NCBI GenBank assembly: GCA_963729125.1
Contig: CAVSML010000004.1
Location: 13,287 to 77,286 of the forward strand
Direction: 5' to 3'
Source of the DNA: an uncultured Actinomycetes bacterium
GTDB taxonomy: Bacteria; Actinomycetota; Thermoleophilia; Solirubrobacterales; Solirubrobacteraceae
DNA: 64,000 nt
The notes below the pieces were generated by a model. The model did no database searches. It worked only from the letters and a program-made list of their open reading frames with translations, and was not told the DNA's origin. How positions within the stretch are numbered: position 1 is the stretch's first letter; each line of letters starts with the position of its first letter. Below are positions 1 through 9,538 of the stretch, piece by piece. Both the position numbers and the translations under genes were made by a program.

Positions 1-2
1 CG

Positions 3-1004
3 CGCGGGTCGATGATGGCGTTCGCGACGGCGAGCCTCCTGCGCGGCGCCTCGCGCTGGGGCCAGGGGCGTCTCGACGAGGCGATGGCCGACGCCGAGCA
101 GGCCGTCGATGCCGAGCGCTACGGCTGGCGCCACTTCCTGCCGGCCGCCTACGGCACGCTCGTCAGCCTGCACGTCGACCGCGGCGAGCTCGACGCCGCG
201 GCGGCCTGGGCGGCGCGCCTGGACGGCTCAGATCACGCCGGTTCGGCGATGATGGCTCCGTGGCACGCGGCGCTGGGGCGCCTGGCGCTCGTGCAGCACC
301 GCGAGTCCGAGGCGCTCGAGCACTTCGCCGCCTGGCGCGACGAGGTCGAGGGCGTGAGCAACCCGGCGACCTTCGCCGCCTGGCGCTCGGCGACGGCGCG
401 TGCGCTGGCGGTGCTCGATCGCGTCGACGAGGCCCATGCGCTGGCGGCCGAGGAGCTCGAGCTCGCGCGCCGCTTCGGCGCGCCGCGGCCGATCTCGGTC
501 GCGCTGCGCGAGTGCGCCCACACCGCCGCCCACGGCGACCTCGATCGACCGATCGCGATGCTGACCGAGGCCGTGTCGATCGCGTCGGCGTCCGAGGCGC
601 GCCTGGAGCACTGCCGCTCGCTGCTCGAGCTCGGCACGGTGCTGCGCCGCGCGGGCCGGCGCACCGACGCCGGGCGCGCGCTCGGCGCGGCGCTCGAGCT
701 CGCGCGAACGTGCGGCGCGCGCCTGTTGCAGGAACGCGCGCGGGCCGAGCTCGAGGTCGCCGGCACGCGCGTGCAGCGCGCAGCGCGGCGCGGCGCGGAC
801 GCGCTCAGCCCGAGCGAGCGGCGCGTCGTCGGGCTGGCGATCGAGGGGCTCTCCAACCGCCAGATCGCCGAGGCGCTGTTCGTCACGCGCAAGGCCGTCG
901 AATGGCACCTGGGCAACGCCTACCGCAAGCTCGACGTGCGCTCGCGCGGCGAGCTCGCGGGCGCGCTCGGGAAGCCCGAGCCGCCCGCCTCCTCGCGGCG
1001 CTAG
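3..1004 (+). CDS. LuxR-family (MalT/LAL-like) transcriptional regulator, C-terminal part; 5' end outside window
   Basis: The frame of ORF 12..1004 is open to the window edge. C-terminal LSPSERRVVGLAIEGLSNRQIAEALFVTRKAVEWHLGNAYRKLDV is a canonical LuxR/GerE HTH. It is preceded by Ala/Leu-rich TPR-like helical repeats. Confidence 0.8.
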   Translation, partial: RGSMMAFATASLLRGASRWGQGRLDEAMADAEQAVDAERYGWRHFLPAAYGTLVSLHVDRGELDAAAAWAARLDGSDHAGSAMMAPWHAALGRLALVQHRESEALEHFAAWRDEVEGVSNPATFAAWRSATARALAVLDRVDEAHALAAEELELARRFGAPRPISVALRECAHTAAHGDLDRPIAMLTEAVSIASASEARLEHCRSLLELGTVLRRAGRRTDAGRALGAALELARTCGARLLQERARAELEVAGTRVQRAARRGADALSPSERRVVGLAIEGLSNRQIAEALFVTRKAVEWHLGNAYRKLDVRSRGELAGALGKPEPPASSRR

Positions 1005-1264
1005 CGAACGCCGGCCGACGGGCCGCAGGCGGCGACGTCGTCGACGAGCTGGCGCGCGTGGTCGGGCAGCCAGCGATCGGCGTCGACGAGCTGCTGGGCG
1101 AGATCCTCGACCGCGGCCAGCTCGTCGTAGGCATCGCCTTCGAAGAGCAGCGCGTCGGCGGCCGTGCGGATGATCTGCATCTCGGCGGCAAACAGCTTCG
1201 CCGGGCCCTCGTCGGCGAGGGTCTTCATGACCCGGCCGTAGGCCAGGGAGCGATCGTTGTTCAT
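1001..1264 (-). CDS. hypothetical small helical protein (87 aa)
   Basis: Internal ATG (MNNDRSLAYGRVMKTL...) of ORF 1001..1294, 10 nt downstream of the LURP-like stop on the same strand. Composition is balanced, unlike the shadow ORFs. No domain recognised. Confidence 0.4.
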   Translation of the reverse strand: MNNDRSLAYGRVMKTLADEGPAKLFAAEMQIIRTAADALLFEGDAYDELAAVEDLAQQLVDADRWLPDHARQLVDDVAACGPSAGVR

Positions 1265-1274
1265 GGACACAAAC

Positions 1275-1899
1275 CTAGCGGGCCTGCAGCGCATCCATGC
1301 CGACGGCGATCGCGAGCACGAGGCGGCGGTCGAGGATGCGGCCGCTGTCGGGGCTCATGTCGATCGTGTAGTTGTCGCGGATCTTGAACGTCTGGCGCGT
1401 GTTGTGGCCGATGATCCGCTCGCCGCTCTTGAAGACGAAGTGGTAGGGGATCGGCAGCCAGTCGGCGACGTTCTCGATGTACGGGCACGAAGCCGACGGC
1501 GCGGCGAAAGAGCGCGATCGGCAGGCTCTTCTCGGTCGTGATCGCGACCTCCTCGCCCTGGGCATCGAGGATCCGGTAGGTCGAGCGCAGCAGGCTCTGG
1601 CCGAAGACCTTCTGGATCGCGCCGATCGTGGCGCCGAGGTCGTCGGTGACGTCGTAGGTCGCGCGCGGGTCGAAGGCCTGGCGGGCCTTGATGCGCAGCA
1701 GCTCCTGGGTCTTGGACTCGTCGGTGTAGAAGCGGATGTCCTCCTTGAACTTGAAGCGCTTCTGCTCGACGAAGCACAGCGGCTCGCCGGGCTTGCCGTC
1801 GGCGCTGGGGAGGAAGAACTCGTACTGGTTGATGACGAGCTTGATCCGCTGGCGCAGCAGGAACACATCGTGGTCGTTCGGGTCGATCGGTGCAGTCAT
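1275..1899 (-). pseudogene. LURP-one-related / scramblase-like (tubby C-terminal fold) protein with one apparent frameshift near 1485
   Basis: N-terminal part MTAPIDPNDHDVFLLRQRIKLVINQYEFF...SLPIALFRRAVGFVP lies in the frame of ORF 1261..2526. C-terminal part YIENVADWLPIPYHFVFKSGERIIGHNTRQTFKIRDNYTIDMSPDSGRILDRRLVLAIAVGMDAL lies in ORF 1275..1868. The ATG at 1899 overlaps the MGMT stop (ATGA). Confidence 0.65.
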
Positions 1900-2526
1900 G
1901 CGCCAGACAGTAGTGGCAGCTCCTCGCCGGCCGCCCCCTCGATGCCGAGCAGCAGGCGCTTGCGGTCCAGGCCGCCGGTGTAGCCGCCGAGGCCGCCCGT
2001 GCTCGCCAGCACGCGGTGGCAGGGCACGACGATCGGGATCGGGTTGGCGCCCAGCGCGTTGCCGGCCGCGCGAAAGCCGTTGCGGCGAGCCGGCGGCGCC
2101 GGCGACCTCGCGGTAGGTGCTCGTCGAGCCGAACGGGATCGCGATCGCCGCCTGCAGCACGCGGCGCGCGAAGCCCGAGCCGACGAGGCCCCAGTCCAGC
2201 GCGACGTCGAAGTCGACGGCGGCGGCCCTCGAAGTACTCGTCGAGCTCGCGCCGCACGCCGTCCAGGCGCCCGGGCGCCTCGACGATGCTCGGCGACAGG
2301 CGCGCGGCGAGCGGCGTCGAGCACGGCGTCCAGGCCGCCGTTCTCGAGCTCGTAGGCGATCCGCAGGAGGCCGCGCGGCGTGGCGGCGACGACGAGCCGG
2401 CCGGCGGGGCGCGTCGACTAGCGCGTAGGCGATCTCGGCGAGGCCGTCTCCTGCGGCGCGGGCGGCGGTGCGGGCGGCGAGCGCCGCGGCCTCGCCGTCG
2501 TGCAGGTCAGGCGGATGCAGGGACAT
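1896..2526 (-). pseudogene. ogt: methylated-DNA--protein-cysteine methyltransferase (MGMT/Ogt) with about four apparent frameshifts
   Basis: Active-site segment NPIPIVVPCHRVLASTGGLGGYTGGLDRKRLLL is in ORF 1896..2324. RRELDEYFEGRRR is in the ORF 1355..2257 frame. DFDVALDWGLVGSGFARRVLQAAIAIPFGSTSTYREVAGAAGSP and the N-terminus MSLHPP... are in the ORF 1261..2526 frame. Breaks lie near 2405, 2295, 2220 and 2090. Confidence 0.8.
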
Positions 2527-2996
2527 CGGGCAGCTCCTCTCTGAGGGTCTTCAGGCCGTCGGAGGCCGCGCGGCGCGCGGCCTCCTCGCTGCAGTCCAGG
2601 GCGATCGCGATCTCGCCGTGCGTCAGGCCGGCGGCGTAGCGCAGCGTCAGCACCGCGCGCTGGCGCGGCGGCAGCGTGCGTACGCGCGCCCAGTGCTCGC
2701 CGCCGGTGTCTTCGATCGTCGTGGGCGCCGCGGCGCGCTCGCCGGTGTCGGCGACCGGCAGCGGCCGGCGCTCGCGCGCGCGGTGCACGTCGAGCGCCTT
2801 GCGGTGGGCGATCGTCAGCACCCATGCGCGCAGGTTGGAGTCCGCGGCGCAGGCGCTCGTAGGCGCGCAGCGCCGACAGGAACGTCTCCTGGAAGGCGTC
2901 GTCGGCGTCGTGGCGGCCGACCGAGGCGACGAGGAAGCGCAGCACGTCGTCGCGGTGGGCGTCGAGGAAGCGCTGGAAGGGGGGCAGGTGGTGCAC
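2507..2996 (-). pseudogene. ECF-type sigma-70 family RNA polymerase sigma factor with one apparent frameshift near 2845
   Basis: Region 2 (HRDDVLRFLVASVGRHDADDAFQETFLSALRAYERL) is in the frame of ORF 2418..3257, with a GTG start at 2996. SNLRAWVLTIAHRKALD and region 4 (LPPRQRAVLTLRYAAGLTHGEIAIALDCSEEAARRAASDGLKTLRE) are in ORF 2507..2821. The stop overlaps the MGMT start by 20 nt. Confidence 0.8.
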
Positions 2997-3031
2997 GGGT
3001 ATGGAACGCGTGCGTGGCGCGGAACGTGAGG

Positions 3032-4193
3032 TCAGCGCGTGAGCGCGTCGATGCCCGTCAGCGCGCGGCCGATGATGAGCTGCTGGATCTGCGACGTGCC
3101 CTCGTACAGCGTCGTCACGCGGGCGTCGCGAAACCAGCGCTCGACGGGGTGGTCGTCGACGTAGCCGGCGCCGCCGTGCACCTGGATCGCCTCGTTGGCG
3201 CACCACACCGCGGCCTCGGTCGCGTAGAGCTTGGCGATCGAGGTCTCGGTCGTGCACGGGCGCCCCTGGTCGCGCAGCCAGCCGGCGCGCTAGACGAGCA
3301 GCCGCGCGGCGTCCGTGCGGACCTTCATCTCGGCGAGCATCGCCTGCACGAGCTGAAAGCTCGCGATCGGCCGGCCGAACTGCTCGCGCTCGCGCGCGTA
3401 GGCGACCGACTCGTCGAGGCAGCCCTGGCAGATGCCGACGCAGCCGGCGGCGACCGAGTAGCGCCCGCCGTCCAGCGCGCTCATCGCGACCTTGAAGCCC
3501 TCGCCGACCTCGCCGAGCACGTCAGCGTCGGCGACGAAGACGTCGTCGAGCGCGATCGAGGCGGTGTCGGAGGCGTGCAGCCCCATCTTGTGCTGGATCT
3601 CCTGCGGTCCGGAAGCCGGGCTGGTCGGTGTCGACGAGAAAGCACGCCAGGCCGCGGTGGCGCAGCGTCGGGATCGGTCTGGGCGAAGATCAGCGCGACC
3701 TCGCGCGTGGTTGCCCAGCGAGATCCACATCTTCGCGCCGTTCAGCAGCCAGCCGCCGTCGATTCGGCGCGCGCGCGTGCGCTGGCTGGCGGCGTCCGAG
3801 CCGGCCTCGGGCTCGGTCAGGCCGAAGCAGCCCAGCCACTCGCCCGAGCAGAGCTTCGGCAGGTAGCGCGCGCTTCTGCTCGTCGGTGCCCCAGCGCAGG
3901 ATCGAGCCGCAGACGAGCGACGTCTGCACGCTGACGACCGTGCGCATCGCGCTGTCGCCGCGGCCGATCTCCTCGACGATCAGCCCGTAGGTGACGTGGT
4001 CCAGACCCGCGCCGCCGTACTCGCGCGGGACGATCGCGCCGAGGTAGCCCTGGTCGGCGAGCTGCACGACGAGCTCGAGGTCGAAGTGCTTGGCGCGGGC
4101 GTTGTCGCGCGCGCGCCGCACGATCTCGTTGTCGGTGAACGCGCGCGCGGTCTCGCGCACGAGCTGCTGCTCGTCGGTGAGGTCGAAGTCCAC
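3032..4193 (-). pseudogene. acyl-CoA dehydrogenase with about five apparent frameshifts
   Basis: MDFDLTDEQQLVRETARAFTDNEIVRRA...GLIVEEIGRGDSAMRTVVSVQTSLV is in ORF 3690..4193. KMWISLGN and IQHKMGLHASDTASIALDDVFV...GRYSVAAGCVGICQGCLDESVAYAREREQFGRPIASFQLVQAMLAEM are in ORF 3290..3730. The C-terminal IQVHGGAGYVDDHPVERWFRDARVTTLYEGTSQIQQLIIGRAL is in a third frame. Breaks lie near 3865, 3700, 3665, 3615 and 3290. Confidence 0.85.
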
Positions 4194-4212
4194 ACGGCGC
4201 TAGCGTAAGCGC

Positions 4213-4408
4213 ATGCGCGGCGTGGTCTACTCGACGACGACCGTCCACGCCCGCGACGGGCGCTACAACGTCTGCCTCGTCGATCTCAGGACGGCAGTCG
4301 CATGATGAGCACGGTCGTCGGCATGCGCGCCCGACGAGGTGCGCATCGGGATGGCCGTGCGCGGCGCGCGCGGACGACGACGGCCGGATCGTGTTCGATG
4401 CCGCCTGA
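4213..4408 (+). pseudogene. DUF35-type OB-fold protein (thiolase partner), short, with about three apparent frameshifts
   Basis: Manual translation across frames gives MRGVVYSTTTVHARDGRYNVCLVDL / DGSRMMSTVVGM / APDEVRIGMAVR / ARADDDGRIVFDAA. The position immediately upstream of, and overlapping, a thiolase-like gene is typical for DUF35-thiolase pairs. Confidence 0.5.
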
Positions 4409-5556
4409 CCCGCTGCGCGGCGCGGTCGCGATCGCCGGCGCCGCGGAGTCGCGCCTCGGCGAGGTCGGGCCCGGCGTCTCGCCGCTGGACCTCGTCGCCG
4501 AGGCGACGGCCGCCGCGCTCGACGACGCGGGCCTGCGCAAGGACGACGTCGACGGCCTCTTCACGGCGTCGGCGTACTTCGGCATGCCGGCGCTGAACGT
4601 CGGCGAGGCGCTCGGCATCCGCCCGCGCTACAGCGACTCGACGAACCTCGGCGGCGCGTCGTTCGTCAGCCACCTGCTGCACGCCGCGGCGGCGATCTCA
4701 GCCGGGCTGTGCGAGGTCGCGCTGATCGTCTACGGCAGCACGCAGCGCTCCGACGGCGGGCGGCTGCGCTCGGTCGTCGAGGGCGACCCGCGCGAGGCGC
4801 CCTACCGCCCGCGCTATCCGGTGACGATGTTCGCGCTCGCGGCCGCGCGCCACATGCACGAGTTCGGCACGACGCGCGAGCAGCTCGCGGAGGTCGCGGT
4901 CGCCGCGCGCGCGTGGGCGCGGCTGCATCCGAACGCCTTCGCGCGCGAGCCGCTGAGCGTCGAGGACGTGCTGGCCAGCCGCATGGTCAGCTCGCCGCTG
5001 ACCGTCCGCGACTGCTGCCTGGTCACCGACGGCGGCGGCGCGCTGCTCGTCACGAGCACCGAGCGCGCGCGCACGCTGCGCCGCCCGCCGGTCGTGCTGC
5101 TCGGCGCCGGCGAGGCGCACTGGCAGCGCTCGATCGCGAGCATGCCCGACATCACGACGACCGCCGCGACGGAGTCCTCGGCGCGCGCGTACGCGATGGC
5201 GGGCATGACGGCCGCGGACGTCGACGTCGTGCAGCTCTACGACGCCTTCACGATCAACACGATCCTGTTCCTGGAGGACCTCGGCTTCTGCGCCAAGGGC
5301 GAGGGCGGGCCGTTCGTCGCGGGCGGCGCGATCGCGCCCGGCGGGCGGCTGGCGGTCAACACCAACGGCGGCGGGCTGTCCTACGCGCACCCCGGCATGT
5401 ACGGGATCTTCCTACTCGATCGAGGCCGTGCGCCAGCTGCGCGGCGAGGCCGGCGAGCGCCAGCGGCCCGACGTGCGGATCGCGCTCGCGCACGCCAACG
5501 GCGGCGCGCTGGCCGCGCAGGCGACGGCGATGCTCGGGACGCTCGCGACCCTCTAA
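4398..5556 (+). pseudogene. thiolase-like (SCP-x / nonspecific lipid-transfer type) protein with one apparent frameshift near 5410
   Basis: The ORF 4302..6239 frame from MPPDPLRGAVAIAGAAESRLGE... to ...NTNGGGLSYAHPGMYGIF carries the thiolase C-terminal signature. The tail IEAVRQLRGEAGERQRPDVRIALAHANGGALAAQATAMLGTLATL continues in another frame to TAA 5554-5556. Confidence 0.8.
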
Positions 5557-5567
5557 CGTCCGCGCCG

Positions 5568-6061
5568 ATGCGCGTGCTCCTCATCGGCGGCGGCTGCCGC
5601 GGCCTCGAGCTGACGCGCGAGCTCGTCGCGGCGAGTCCACGCGGTGCGCGCCGTCACGCGCGCGGAGCCCGGGCGCGGGGCGATCGAGGCGGCGGGCGCG
5701 GAGTGCTGGATCGGCGATCCCGACGTCATCGGGACGCTGCGCTATGCGCTGGAGAACGTGACGATCGTCGTGTGGGCGCTCGGGACGGCGACCGGATCGC
5801 CCGACGCGGTCGCGGCGCTGCACGGGACGCGCTTGGAGATGATGCTCGGCCGGATCACGGACACGACGGTCCGCGGCGTCGTCTACGAGGCCGCTGGAAC
5901 GATCGATCCGGCGGCGTTTCGCGTCCGGCATCGCCGAGCTCGAGCGCGCGCGGCGCGACAACGAGATCCCGTTCGCCGTCGTCGACGCCGATCCGGCGCA
6001 CGCGCGGGCGTGGGCGGCGGCGATCCGCGCGGCGATCGACGAGCTGCTCGGCGCTCGCTGA
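5568..6061 (+). pseudogene. small NAD(P)-binding Rossmann-fold protein with two apparent frameshifts
   Basis: The start MRVLLIGGGCRGLELTRELV has a GxGxxG-like motif. The protein continues as VRAVTRAEPGRGAIEAAGAECWIGDPDVIGTLRYALENVTIVVWALG... in ORF 5644..6780. The tail IAELERARRDNEIPFAVVDADPAHARAWAAAIRAAIDELLGAR is in a third frame. Confidence 0.5.
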
Positions 6062-6063
6062 CG

Positions 6064-6507
6064 TCAGAGCCGGACGGCCGGGCCGGCGCCGGCGCGGCGC
6101 AGGTCGCGGCGTGCTGCGAGCAGGGCCGTGCGGTGGCCGAGCGGGTTGCCGTCGAGGTGGGCGCGCTGCACGGCCATGCGCAGCTCGCGCTTCCAGCCCC
6201 ACTTGGGCAGCGCGTGCAGGTCGTGGGCGGCCTGCGTGAGGTGCTTGCAGACGATGACGACGCCGACGCGCGGCGCCTGCTGCGCGAGCGCCGAGACGAC
6301 CGCCGCGATCGCGGCCTCGCAGCCGGTCGCGTCGAGCACGACGACGCCGGCGCGCGCCTGGCGCACGAGCCAGACGACGTCCTCCGGATCGGTCGGCAGC
6401 GCGAACGCGAACGTCACGCTTCCGAGCTCCCCGAGCACGCCGGTCGCGCGGTCGCGATAGGCGACGTCGCCGCCCACGACGAGCGTGCCGATCGGCGCAG
6501 CAGCCAT
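6064..6507 (-). CDS. stand-alone CheY-like receiver-fold protein, degenerate acidic pocket (hypothetical)
   Basis: Internal ATG of ORF 6064..6786: MAAAPIGTLVVGGDVAYRD...AGVVVLDATGCEAAIAAVVSAL...RVGVVIVCKH...LPKWGW. The strand/helix pattern and Asp/Lys positions resemble a receiver domain, but the N-terminal DD pair is replaced by GGD. Confidence 0.4.
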   Translation of the reverse strand: MAAAPIGTLVVGGDVAYRDRATGVLGELGSVTFAFALPTDPEDVVWLVRQARAGVVVLDATGCEAAIAAVVSALAQQAPRVGVVIVCKHLTQAAHDLHALPKWGWKRELRMAVQRAHLDGNPLGHRTALLAARRDLRRAGAGPAVRL

Positions 6508-6595
6508 CGTCTGTCTGCGCTCATGCTCCCCCCGCTCACATCGCCCATTGTGCATGTCCCGCAGGACGGATGCGGGACGAGTCGCAAAATCCCTG

Positions 6596-7201
6596 CTAAC
6601 GAAGTGGAACGAAGCGCACCGCGTCGAGCGAGGCACGCTCGTAGCCGCCCTCGAGGCGGCGCACGAGCACGAGGTGCTCGCCCCGCTCGTCGGCGACCGG
6701 CGCGACGAGGCGGCCGCCGAGCGCGAGCTGCTGCTCGAGCGCGGGCGGGACCCCGCCGGCGGACGTGGCCGCGACGTTGATCGCATCGAACGGCGCCTGC
6801 TCGGGCAGGCCGGCCGCCCCGTCGCCGGGCGTCACGGTGACGTTGTCGATGCCGGCGGCCAGCAGCGAGCGCGCGGCGCGCAGCGCGAGCTGCTGCTCGA
6901 GCTCGACGCCCCAGACGTGCGCGCACAGGCGCGACAGGATCGCCGCGTGGTAGCCCGAGCCGGTGCCGACGTCGAGCACCCGGTCGGTCGGCGAGAGCTC
7001 GAGCAGCTCGCACATGCGCGCGACGATCGCGGGCTGGGAGATCGTCTGGCCGTGGCCGATGCGCAGCGGCGCGTCCTCGTAGGCGGCGGCCGCGAGGTCG
7101 GCGGAGACGAACAGCTCGCGCGGGACGGTCGCCATGGCGACCAGCACGCGCTCGTCGGAGACGCGGGCGGCGAGGCGGCTGAGCAGCGCGTCGCGGTCCA
7201 T
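6596..7201 (-). CDS. pcm: protein-L-isoaspartate O-methyltransferase
   Basis: Intact 201-aa ORF with QTISQPAIVARMCELLEL and the SAM motif VLDVGTGSGYHAAILS. Confidence 0.9.
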   Translation of the reverse strand: MDRDALLSRLAARVSDERVLVAMATVPRELFVSADLAAAAYEDAPLRIGHGQTISQPAIVARMCELLELSPTDRVLDVGTGSGYHAAILSRLCAHVWGVELEQQLALRAARSLLAAGIDNVTVTPGDGAAGLPEQAPFDAINVAATSAGGVPPALEQQLALGGRLVAPVADERGEHLVLVRRLEGGYERASLDAVRFVPLR

Positions 7202-7208
7202 GGCTCGG

Positions 7209-7802
7209 TCAGCCGCAGTCCAGCAGCGGGTCGATGCGGCCCAGCAGGTCGCTCACGATCCGCGCCGTCGCGCCCCAGATGACGAGCTGCATGCCGACGT
7301 CGTAGACGTCGGTGCGAAACGGGATGCCGCGGTGCACGAGGCGCCGCCGGGCGCGCCCCGCGCGCAGGTCGGCGAGGCGCAGCTCGATCACCTCGTCGAC
7401 CTCGCCGGCCGACGGCGTCCACGTGGCGCCGGGCTCGATCAGCCCGACGAACGGATAGACGGCGTAGTTCGACGCGACCGTCGGCACCGGCTTGAGCGCG
7501 CCGAGCAGCTGCACGTCCTCGCGCGCGAGGCCGATCTCCTCCTCGGCCTCGCGCAGCGCGGTCAGGCTCAGGTCGGTCTCGCCGTCGTCGCGCCGGCCGC
7601 CTGGGAAGGAGATCTCGCCGGGGTGGCTGCGCAGGTCGTGGCGGCGGCGCGTGAAGATCGCGTGCAGGTCGCCGAGCTCGCGATACAGCGTGACGAGCAC
7701 CGCGGCCTGCGTGCGGCCGTGCACGGGCAGGGCGGTCGCCTCCGCGGGGTCCAGCAGGACTCCGCGCAGCGCGTCAGTGAGCGAGCTGGATGCGCTCGAC
7801 AC
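7209..7802 (-). CDS. NUDIX hydrolase (CoA pyrophosphatase-like)
   Basis: Intact 197-aa ORF with the Nudix box GEISFPGGRRDDGETDLSLTALREAEEEIGL. Confidence 0.85.
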   Translation of the reverse strand: MSSASSSLTDALRGVLLDPAEATALPVHGRTQAAVLVTLYRELGDLHAIFTRRRHDLRSHPGEISFPGGRRDDGETDLSLTALREAEEEIGLAREDVQLLGALKPVPTVASNYAVYPFVGLIEPGATWTPSAGEVDEVIELRLADLRAGRARRRLVHRGIPFRTDVYDVGMQLVIWGATARIVSDLLGRIDPLLDCG

Positions 7803-8178
7803 GCTCGTCGAACATGACCTCGCCGTCCAGGATGCGGTGCACCGGACACTTCGTCGCTATGACCTTCAGGCGCGTGGCCTGCTCGTCGGTGAGGTCGGAG
7901 GGCAGGCGCAGCGTCAGCGTGAACTTCGTCGGGCAGCCGCGCTCGGCGGGGATGTAGTCGCAGACCACCTCGACGGCGCCCAGCTCCCAGCCCTTGCGCG
8001 CGGCGTACATCTCGATCGTCGTCGCGGTGCACGAGGCGAGGCTCGCGGCCAGCAGCTCCTGCGAGGAGGGAGCGGCGTCATCGCCGCCGGTCTCTGCCGG
8101 CTCGTCGCAGTTCAGCCGGTGCTGACGCACCTTGACGATGTGACGAAACCCGCCGATGCGCTGCGCAGTTGCGTGCAT
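7774..8178 (-). CDS. OsmC family peroxiredoxin
   Basis: Intact 134-aa ORF with the two conserved Cys contexts LLAASLASCTATT and VIATKCPVHRIL. Confidence 0.85.
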   Translation of the reverse strand: MHATAQRIGGFRHIVKVRQHRLNCDEPAETGGDDAAPSSQELLAASLASCTATTIEMYAARKGWELGAVEVVCDYIPAERGCPTKFTLTLRLPSDLTDEQATRLKVIATKCPVHRILDGEVMFDERVERIQLAH

Positions 8179-8188
8179 GGATCAGATG

Positions 8189-9472
8189 CTACTCCGCGTC
8201 CGTCAGCGGATTGAAGAGCAGTCCCGTCGGTACCTTCGGGAAGAAGTAGGTGGACTTCGGCGGCATGTTGACGCCCGCCGCGGCGATGTCCTGGATCTGC
8301 GCGACGGGGATGGCGCGCAGGTAGAAGCCGGCGTCGAATGCGCCGGAGTCGACGAGCTCGCGCGCCTCCTCGAAGGAGCGCGCGTAGCCGAGGCCGTGTA
8401 GGTGGGAGATGTCGTCCTCGCTGAGCTCGAGCGGGCCCTTGAGCACGAGCGCTTCCAGGACGGCTGTGTCGAGGCGGCGGTAGGGCTCGGGCATGTCTCC
8501 CAGCGCGTCGTCGGCGATCGACTGGTCCTTGAGCGTCAGGCGGAATGCGCGCTTGAAGTGGCTGTCCATGTAGCCCATCTCGATCGTTCCGTCACCCTCG
8601 CCGGGCGGGACGAGGTCCTCGACCTCGATCGGCTCGATGTCGAAGGTCGCCTTCAGCGTCGCGGTCAGGGCTTCGATCTTCTCTTGATCGTTCTTGAGGC
8701 CGTTGACGAGGCGGTGGGTGGGGAAGACGGTGAGGCCCTCGTCCTGCAGCGCCACGAGGCACATCAGGACGTAGCGATGCGCGCCCTCGCCGCCGAGCTC
8801 CTCGGCGTAGACGCGCGCGGTCTCATAGCGGTGATGGCCGTCGGCGATCAGCAGCTCTGCGTCGCTCGTGGCCTCGGCGACGGTCGCGATCGCATCGGGG
8901 TCGGTGACGCGCCAGATGCGGTTGTGGGTGCCGTCCTGCTCGCTGAACTCGCCGAACGGCTCGTCGCTGCGGGTCGACGGCGCGAGCGCGTTCCAGGCGC
9001 GCAGCTCGGGGTCGGAGTACAGCGAGAAGATGGGGGAGAGGTTCGCCTTGGTCGCGCGCTGCAGGCTCAGGCGGTCGGCCTTGGGGCCGGGGTGCGTGCG
9101 CTCGTGCGGGCGGATCGCGCCGGGGCCGTAGTCCTCGACGCGCACGCGCGCGAAGAAGCCGTTGCGCGTCAGGCGCCGGCCGTCCGGGCCGGTGTACTCC
9201 TGGACGAGCGCCCAGATCGCGGGCTCGTCGTCCTGTGTTATCGCGCCCTCTCGCCTCCACTGTTCGAGGAGCCTGGCCGCGTGGGCGTAGCGGTCGCCGC
9301 CGTCGGGGTCCTCGGGCAGGTCGATGTTGACGACATTGTGCGGCGAGCTTGCGGCGAGCTCGGCGCGCTGCTCGGGGTCGATCACGTCGTAGGGCGGGGC
9401 TGCGAGCTGCTGCAGCGGCCCGGCGACCGAGGGGTCGTAGTGCAGGGCTCGGAGGGGCTCGATGCGCGGCAT
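8189..9472 (-). CDS. DUF1015 family protein
   Basis: Intact 427-aa ORF. The N-terminus MPRIEPLRALHYDP, PPYDVI, and ADGHHRYETA are characteristic of DUF1015. Confidence 0.8.
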   Translation of the reverse strand: MPRIEPLRALHYDPSVAGPLQQLAAPPYDVIDPEQRAELAASSPHNVVNIDLPEDPDGGDRYAHAARLLEQWRREGAITQDDEPAIWALVQEYTGPDGRRLTRNGFFARVRVEDYGPGAIRPHERTHPGPKADRLSLQRATKANLSPIFSLYSDPELRAWNALAPSTRSDEPFGEFSEQDGTHNRIWRVTDPDAIATVAEATSDAELLIADGHHRYETARVYAEELGGEGAHRYVLMCLVALQDEGLTVFPTHRLVNGLKNDQEKIEALTATLKATFDIEPIEVEDLVPPGEGDGTIEMGYMDSHFKRAFRLTLKDQSIADDALGDMPEPYRRLDTAVLEALVLKGPLELSEDDISHLHGLGYARSFEEARELVDSGAFDAGFYLRAIPVAQIQDIAAAGVNMPPKSTYFFPKVPTGLLFNPLTDAE

Positions 9473-9538
9473 CGGCGCGAGAGCCTAGTGGTCTCGCGCC
9501 GAGATGCCGTGCGCTGTGCGGTCGATGGCGGCTCGCGC

